The notes under the pieces were generated by a model. That model did no database searches. It was not told the origin of the DNA and worked only from the letters and a program-made list of their open reading frames with translations. Shown here piece after piece: positions 59,220 to 64,000 of a stretch of 64,000 bases of DNA. Numbering within the stretch: the first letter of the stretch is position 1; every line of letters starts with the position of its first letter. The position numbers were made by a program, and so were the translations under genes. The DNA lies in contig JBEKBM010000012.1 of assembly GCA_050015395.1 (NCBI GenBank), forward strand, positions 1 through 64,000, in the 5' to 3' direction. This DNA comes from Candidatus Bathyarchaeia archaeon (GTDB lineage Archaea > Thermoproteota > Bathyarchaeia > Bathyarchaeales > Bathycorpusculaceae).

Positions 59220-59517
59220 AAACCGTCTCTCTCAGAACACGTTCCTTAATGAATGGCTTCAAAGCGTCCCTTGTTACAAGATCAACCTTTATCCCAAGCT
59301 TCTTTGTCAAGAATTCCTCAAGTTCCAAAAACTTGAAGAAACCAACCTGGGCGTCCTTTGAGAAAGTTACAAGGATATCTACATCACTTTTTTTGGTTTG
59401 TTCTCCACGGGTGTAAGAACCGAAGACTCCTATCGTTTCCACCCCGAACCTGTCTCTGAGCGTCGGCTTAAGCGTTTCTAAGGTTGATTTTATTTCTTCG
59501 AGAGTCTTCATGAACAA
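59212..59517 (-). CDS. Minimal nucleotidyltransferase (MNT) antitoxin
   Basis: FGSYTRGEQTKKSDVDILV, KVDLVT. Confidence 0.92.
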   Translation of the reverse strand: MFMKTLEEIKSTLETLKPTLRDRFGVETIGVFGSYTRGEQTKKSDVDILVTFSKDAQVGFFKFLELEEFLTKKLGIKVDLVTRDALKPFIKERVLRETVYA

Positions 59518-59899
59518 CTATTACGCTGCTTCCTTCTTTTCTATTTTATGCAACAAAACTAAACGTAAGTTAGCAGAATTTGGTTTGGCTTTTTTGTAGA
59601 GCTCTTTATCGATTTTTCATCTAGCAAAGTTGTGGTTGGCTGTGTTTTTAGCATTCGTATTTACGATTTTCAAGAAAATGTGTGTAGGCAGAATCGTTGA
59701 TACTTACGATCTAAAGGGCGTCAAACTTTCCATAAACAAAACAGGAAAGGCCGCTTGAAACAGCAGAAAAAATTTTGCTCAAACATTTCCATTAATCCCT
59801 TGCTGGATTAGCTATTTTAGTTATTATAATCTGTAAAAACAGTTTCGGTCAAGTAAACTTTTAATCTCATATTAGCAATTGACCTTAGGTTGATCAGGT

Positions 59900-60166
59900 A
59901 TGGCTAGGGTAAAATGCAAGAAATGTGGAAACGTCTTCGAATACACTTACAAACCGTTGGCTTCATTGGTGCATCTTGGACCTTACAAACAAGTCCAGTG
60001 TCCAGCCTGCGGAAAAAGCAGTTGGCTCAACACCTACTCATCAGTGAAAGACCCGGTAACTTGGCCTCCAGAAGGAAAACAGCAAGAGCAGTTTGCCCCG
60101 CCCCAGTTAACTGAGCAAGAACTGGAAAAGAAGCACATAGAAGAATCAAAATACGAAAAAGCCTAA
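59900..60166 (+). CDS. Small zinc-ribbon protein
   Basis: CKKCG...CPACG; AGGT RBS; first gene before the ABC pair. Confidence 0.7.
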   Translation: MARVKCKKCGNVFEYTYKPLASLVHLGPYKQVQCPACGKSSWLNTYSSVKDPVTWPPEGKQQEQFAPPQLTEQELEKKHIEESKYEKA

Positions 60167-60194
60167 ACTTAAATGATATTGGACAGCGCAGGGC

Positions 60195-61124
60195 ATGATT
60201 GACACCGAGAATCTCACCCGAAAATTTGGCAATCTAACAGCTGTAGATAACGTCACCCTGCACGTGGACGAAGGCGAGGTTTTTGGTTTTCTTGGACCCA
60301 ACGGCGCAGGAAAAACCACCACTGTGCGCATGCTCTGCTGTCTAATCGGAAAAACCAGCGGCAATGCCCGCATAGGCGACTTTGCCGTTGACAATGAAGC
60401 TGATCGTCTCAAAATAAGAAAAATGGTTGGCATACTGCCCGAAAACGTCGGCTTATACGACAGTCTAAGTGCCTACCGCAACCTTGACTTTTACGGAAAA
60501 CTCTACGAGGTCCCAGAAGCGAAACGGCGAGAAAACATTGAACATCTCCTGCGGCTGCTGGGCATCTGGGAGCGTAGAGACGACGCCGTCGGCACATTCT
60601 CGAAAGGCACCAAACAGAAAATCGCCATCGCCCGCGCCCTAATCCACGACCCTCAAGTGTTGTTTCTGGATGAACCTACAGCGAATTTGGATCCTGAAGC
60701 CTCAAAAACAGTTCGGGACTTTGTTCTGGGCCTCAAAAAAGAGAAACGCACCATCTTCCTGAACACTCACAACCTAGACGAAGCGGAGCGGCTCTGCGAC
60801 CGCATCGCCATCCTGAAAACTCGTCTAATCGTGGTTGACTCACCCAAAAACTTAGAGCGCAGCCTATACAACCGAAAAACCATAGTCCACCTAGACAGTG
60901 TCACCAGCGCGGTTTTAGCCGCCGTTAGGGGGCTGAGTGCAGTGAAGAACCTGAAAACCAGCGACAACAAGTTAATTCTTGACATGGATAATCCAGAGAG
61001 AGATAATCCTGAGTTGGTGCGAGCGATTGTAGCTGCGGGCGGCAACATCCAATACGTCACGGAGCTGCGGTCCACGCTTGAAGATGTCTACTTGAAATTA
61101 ATTCGGGAGGCGCCGGCGCAATGA
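60195..61124 (+). CDS. ABC transporter ATP-binding protein (ABC-2 exporter type)
   Basis: GPNGAGKTT, FSKG, LFLDEP, H-loop NTH. Confidence 0.93.
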   Translation: MIDTENLTRKFGNLTAVDNVTLHVDEGEVFGFLGPNGAGKTTTVRMLCCLIGKTSGNARIGDFAVDNEADRLKIRKMVGILPENVGLYDSLSAYRNLDFYGKLYEVPEAKRRENIEHLLRLLGIWERRDDAVGTFSKGTKQKIAIARALIHDPQVLFLDEPTANLDPEASKTVRDFVLGLKKEKRTIFLNTHNLDEAERLCDRIAILKTRLIVVDSPKNLERSLYNRKTIVHLDSVTSAVLAAVRGLSAVKNLKTSDNKLILDMDNPERDNPELVRAIVAAGGNIQYVTELRSTLEDVYLKLIREAPAQ

Positions 61125-61873
61125 GATTATGGAAGTCATGGATAGTAACTTCAAAAGACTTGAGTGTATTCAAGAAAAACAAGTACATCCTCTACTCCTT
61201 AGTTGCTCTACCCTTCATATTCGGCGTGGTGCTTCCGATTATTTTCATACTTATTTTAGGAACTGAAGCGTCCCAGCTTACGCAAGCTCAATTCATTAAT
61301 GTTGCTAATATACTCGCAAATACAGGTTCGACATATTTTGCTCTTATACCTGTGATTCTCCCTTCGATAATGGGTTCGTACAGTATTGTAGGCGAAAAAA
61401 TCGAAAAAAGCCTTGAACCCTTATTGGCTACTCCGACGACGGATGGCGAGCTGCTGTTGGGCAAAAGCTTAGCCACCTTCCTACCCACCATAGGAGTAAC
61501 TTACATCGGCGCAGCGATATTCATAACAATCATGGATGTTTGGTCCTACATTAAACTCGGGTTTTTCTTGCTTCCGAACACAGATTTGGCATTAATACTT
61601 GGTGTGATGGCGCCTTTAGCCTGCGTCTTAAGTGTCGAAGCCAACATCATCATATCTTCCAAGGTAAACGATATACGTGCAGCTCAGCAATTAGGGACAC
61701 TTGTAGTTATCCCCCTGTTGCTCCTGTTAGTTTTTGCAGTCCAAATCACAATAATCCCCATTAGCTTGCTCGCCTTAATCGTGTCCGCAGTATTAGCCGT
61801 CGTAGACATCGCACTGTTCTACCTAAGCAAAGCAACCTTCCAAAGAGAAGAAATACTAACTAAATGGAAATAA
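61121..61873 (+). CDS. ABC-2 type permease
   Basis: Six TMs, GEK...LEPLLATP...LLGK; ATGA overlap. Confidence 0.9.
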   Translation: MRLWKSWIVTSKDLSVFKKNKYILYSLVALPFIFGVVLPIIFILILGTEASQLTQAQFINVANILANTGSTYFALIPVILPSIMGSYSIVGEKIEKSLEPLLATPTTDGELLLGKSLATFLPTIGVTYIGAAIFITIMDVWSYIKLGFFLLPNTDLALILGVMAPLACVLSVEANIIISSKVNDIRAAQQLGTLVVIPLLLLLVFAVQITIIPISLLALIVSAVLAVVDIALFYLSKATFQREEILTKWK

Positions 61874-62069
61874 ACCTCAAAATAACAAGGTCAAGAAAAA
61901 TACGGGTTATACTTTTACTTACCTTTCTCTCACGCATTGTAGGTATAACACTTGCTTTTTCAACGTTTTAAGCCATGAATGCTGTTGGTAATCGTACAAA
62001 CAGGTGTTCACCAAAATAAGTAGCGGGCACGCTTGGAATTCAAGAGACTATTTTAGGCTACCGCATGAT

Positions 62070-62396
62070 TTATGGATTTTTGGTGAGTTCTATCAGTTGC
62101 TTCTTGGTTAATCCCGCTCCCGGCGTGGCATCAAGTCTTTTGTGCACTTTTCCTTTTTTGAAAAGAATCACAGTTGGGTAGTATTCGATTGAGTATTTCT
62201 CGCATAGGTCTGGTTTGTCATCGACTACCACGCTTATGCATTCATGCGGGTTGGCTTTCGCGTACTCCTCAAATATTGGTACAAACATTTGGGAAAATGG
62301 GCACCATGAAGCATAAAAGAGGACAAAGGCTTTCTCTTTAGCCTCCAAAATACCATCAATATTTTCTTCGGCTTGCTCCTGCTTTTTCTTATCCAT
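62070..62396 (-). CDS. Thioredoxin-fold protein with monothiol WCPFS site
   Basis: FYASWCPFS, cis-Pro YPT, FKKG. Confidence 0.85.
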   Translation of the reverse strand: MDKKKQEQAEENIDGILEAKEKAFVLFYASWCPFSQMFVPIFEEYAKANPHECISVVVDDKPDLCEKYSIEYYPTVILFKKGKVHKRLDATPGAGLTKKQLIELTKNP

Positions 62397-62402
62397 TCTC
62401 TT

Positions 62403-63110
62403 TCACCTCTCTCTGTCCTCTTCTGGATAGTGACTGCTGTCACAAAACGGTTTATTTGAGGATTTTCCGCAGCGGCAAAGAGTCACGCGATTTCGCACCT
62501 CATAGAGTTTTCCGTCCGCAGAGTAGACTGGGATTCCACCACGAACCCAAAATGGTCCACCGACGCCTATACTCGGATCCTCAATTATGCCAATCGACTT
62601 GGCTAAAACAGGCTCAATTGTCATGCCAGTTTTCTTATCTAAAACTACAAGCCTGCCTGAGGGACAATCGCAAGCATTTTCTATCGCGTTTTTCTTGGCT
62701 TTCGGGTCGTCTGATTTGGGAATTACATCCCAGATATCGCCGCCTCGATGGCAAAAACGTGCCGAAGCACAGAGTATCTCTGCATCCTTTAACTTTAATT
62801 CTGGACCATCAATTATTTTTGCTGCATTCTCGAAAGGCTCATTTGTGCTTGTTTCTGTTCCATCAAAATTTACTTTCAAATGAGTGCTATCGCAAAATGG
62901 CTTGTTATTGGATTGACCGCACCGGCATAAGGCATAGTTTTCTGTAGTCTTCAAGTTTTTTCCTATGACCCATTTGGCTGGGGTCCCTTGTAAGTCGCAT
63001 TTTATTGTCATGCTAAACAAAGGAATGCCTCCAGAAACCAAATATGGCCCATCCTTGCTAACGGTTATCTTGCAGTCTTCTTTTGCACTTGAATTTTTTG
63101 GCAATTTCAT
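62403..63110 (-). CDS. Double CDGSH-type Fe-S protein with central divergent ferredoxin-like domain
   Basis: LCRCGQSNNKPFCDSTH and LCRCGKSSNKPFCDSSH; central CASARFC...CPSGRL. Confidence 0.9.
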   Translation of the reverse strand: MKLPKNSSAKEDCKITVSKDGPYLVSGGIPLFSMTIKCDLQGTPAKWVIGKNLKTTENYALCRCGQSNNKPFCDSTHLKVNFDGTETSTNEPFENAAKIIDGPELKLKDAEILCASARFCHRGGDIWDVIPKSDDPKAKKNAIENACDCPSGRLVVLDKKTGMTIEPVLAKSIGIIEDPSIGVGGPFWVRGGIPVYSADGKLYEVRNRVTLCRCGKSSNKPFCDSSHYPEEDRER

Positions 63111-63218
63111 TACCTCAACTTTACTGAATCAAAATGAAAGTAATAAGGTTACTACGAAGTAAACCAAGTTGCAAGATAAAAATAGCGGGAAAGTTAGCAA
63201 AGAAAAATCAAAGGTTTT

Positions 63219-64000
63219 TCACTGTAGCTCTGTAATTTCAGCGTGTCTTAATTGCCGTTTTGCTATTCCTGCGAAGACCTTGTAAAATTCTTTCAGGGCA
63301 ACTCGATACCCCTTATCCATGAAGGACATGTCTAAAAGATTGTCAACCCAGCGGATGCTGTGTTCGGCGCATTGGAACATTAGTTGCTTGTGGAGTTCAT
63401 TCATTCCTGTTTGTGTGAACCAGTCTTTGTTTTTCAATCTCCCCAGAGGAACGAAGAATAAGGGCACAATGAGGCTTCGGCAATCTTTAACGTCGTCTAT
63501 AAGCTCCATCGTTTTTATGATATCGTCCTCAGTTTCTTCAGGAAGTCCAACGATTAGAGTTCCGGCTGGAATCAACTTGTGATCATGCATTATTCCCAAG
63601 CCTTGCCGAGCAACCATGGGCCATTCTTCGGGCTTAAACGGAAGCGCTTTAGCTGGCATGATTTTTTTGGCAAGTTCAGCTGAGCCTGTTTCGATGCCGA
63701 TTTCTGCTCCCCACCATGCTTGCTTTTGAAGTATGATTTCTGAGAGTTTGGAGACGAGCTTTGGTTTTGAAGCTACAGCAGCTAAGGAACAGTGGCTCCA
63801 ACTTATGGTTTGGACCTTGCTCATGACTACTTCGTGAAGTTTTAGCAGCTTTTCGTCATTGGGCACTGCGTTCGGGGAACCATACAGCATGACGTCTTCC
63901 GAGTGCAAGCAGATAACACGCTGTTTACCGACCTCAACGTTGACTGTTAATTCCCGCACGATTTTATCAAGGGGATACCAACGTAGGGGTCTGAGTGTAA
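63219..64000 (-). CDS. Radical SAM protein, C-terminal part (runs off the window)
   Basis: LHSEDV, EIGIETGS, TLIVGLPEETEDD, VPLFFVP; cluster motif lies beyond the edge. Confidence 0.7.
   Translation of the reverse strand, partial: TLRPLRWYPLDKIVRELTVNVEVGKQRVICLHSEDVMLYGSPNAVPNDEKLLKLHEVVMSKVQTISWSHCSLAAVASKPKLVSKLSEIILQKQAWWGAEIGIETGSAELAKKIMPAKALPFKPEEWPMVARQGLGIMHDHKLIPAGTLIVGLPEETEDDIIKTMELIDDVKDCRSLIVPLFFVPLGRLKNKDWFTQTGMNELHKQLMFQCAEHSIRWVDNLLDMSFMDKGYRVALKEFYKVFAGIAKRQLRHAEITELQ

Noticed and set aside
1-64000. CRISPR array, rRNA, intact integrase or transposase
   Set aside because: No regularly spaced repeats, no rRNA-like stretch and no full recombinase ORF recognised

Overview
Archaeal chromosomal window. 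GatDE, ribosomal protein eS30, Elp3, an aRF1-family gene, Rio2 and an Sm protein point to a TACK archaeon; Bathyarchaeia is my inference from gene style, not a computed placement. About 1-47 kb is an accessory mosaic. It holds ion/pH homeostasis genes (two RCK-gated channels with non-GYG filters, a type IIIA H+-ATPase, MgtA, MscS, two CPA1 antiporters), glycogen/fermentation genes (YHS-fused glucan phosphorylase, dPGM, pyruvate kinase, D-2-hydroxyacid dehydrogenase, a group 3b NiFe hydrogenase with fused beta-gamma subunit), a divergent aRF1 paralog and many gene remnants. About 47.6-64 kb is mostly housekeeping, with two decayed toxin-antitoxin pairs. The best candidate for an undescribed system is at 40.3-45.6 kb. 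There, an exosortase/archaeosortase-family transpeptidase with a Zn-ribbon and an EpsI-like extension sits next to two paralogous secreted proteins. Both end in a shared 'PES + TM helix (ACAAALAxWT) + basic tail' signal and share a duplicated upstream element, and a TasA-like secreted protein lies nearby. No CRISPR array, rRNA or intact tRNA was recognised. All assignments come from motif reading by eye; no searches were run.
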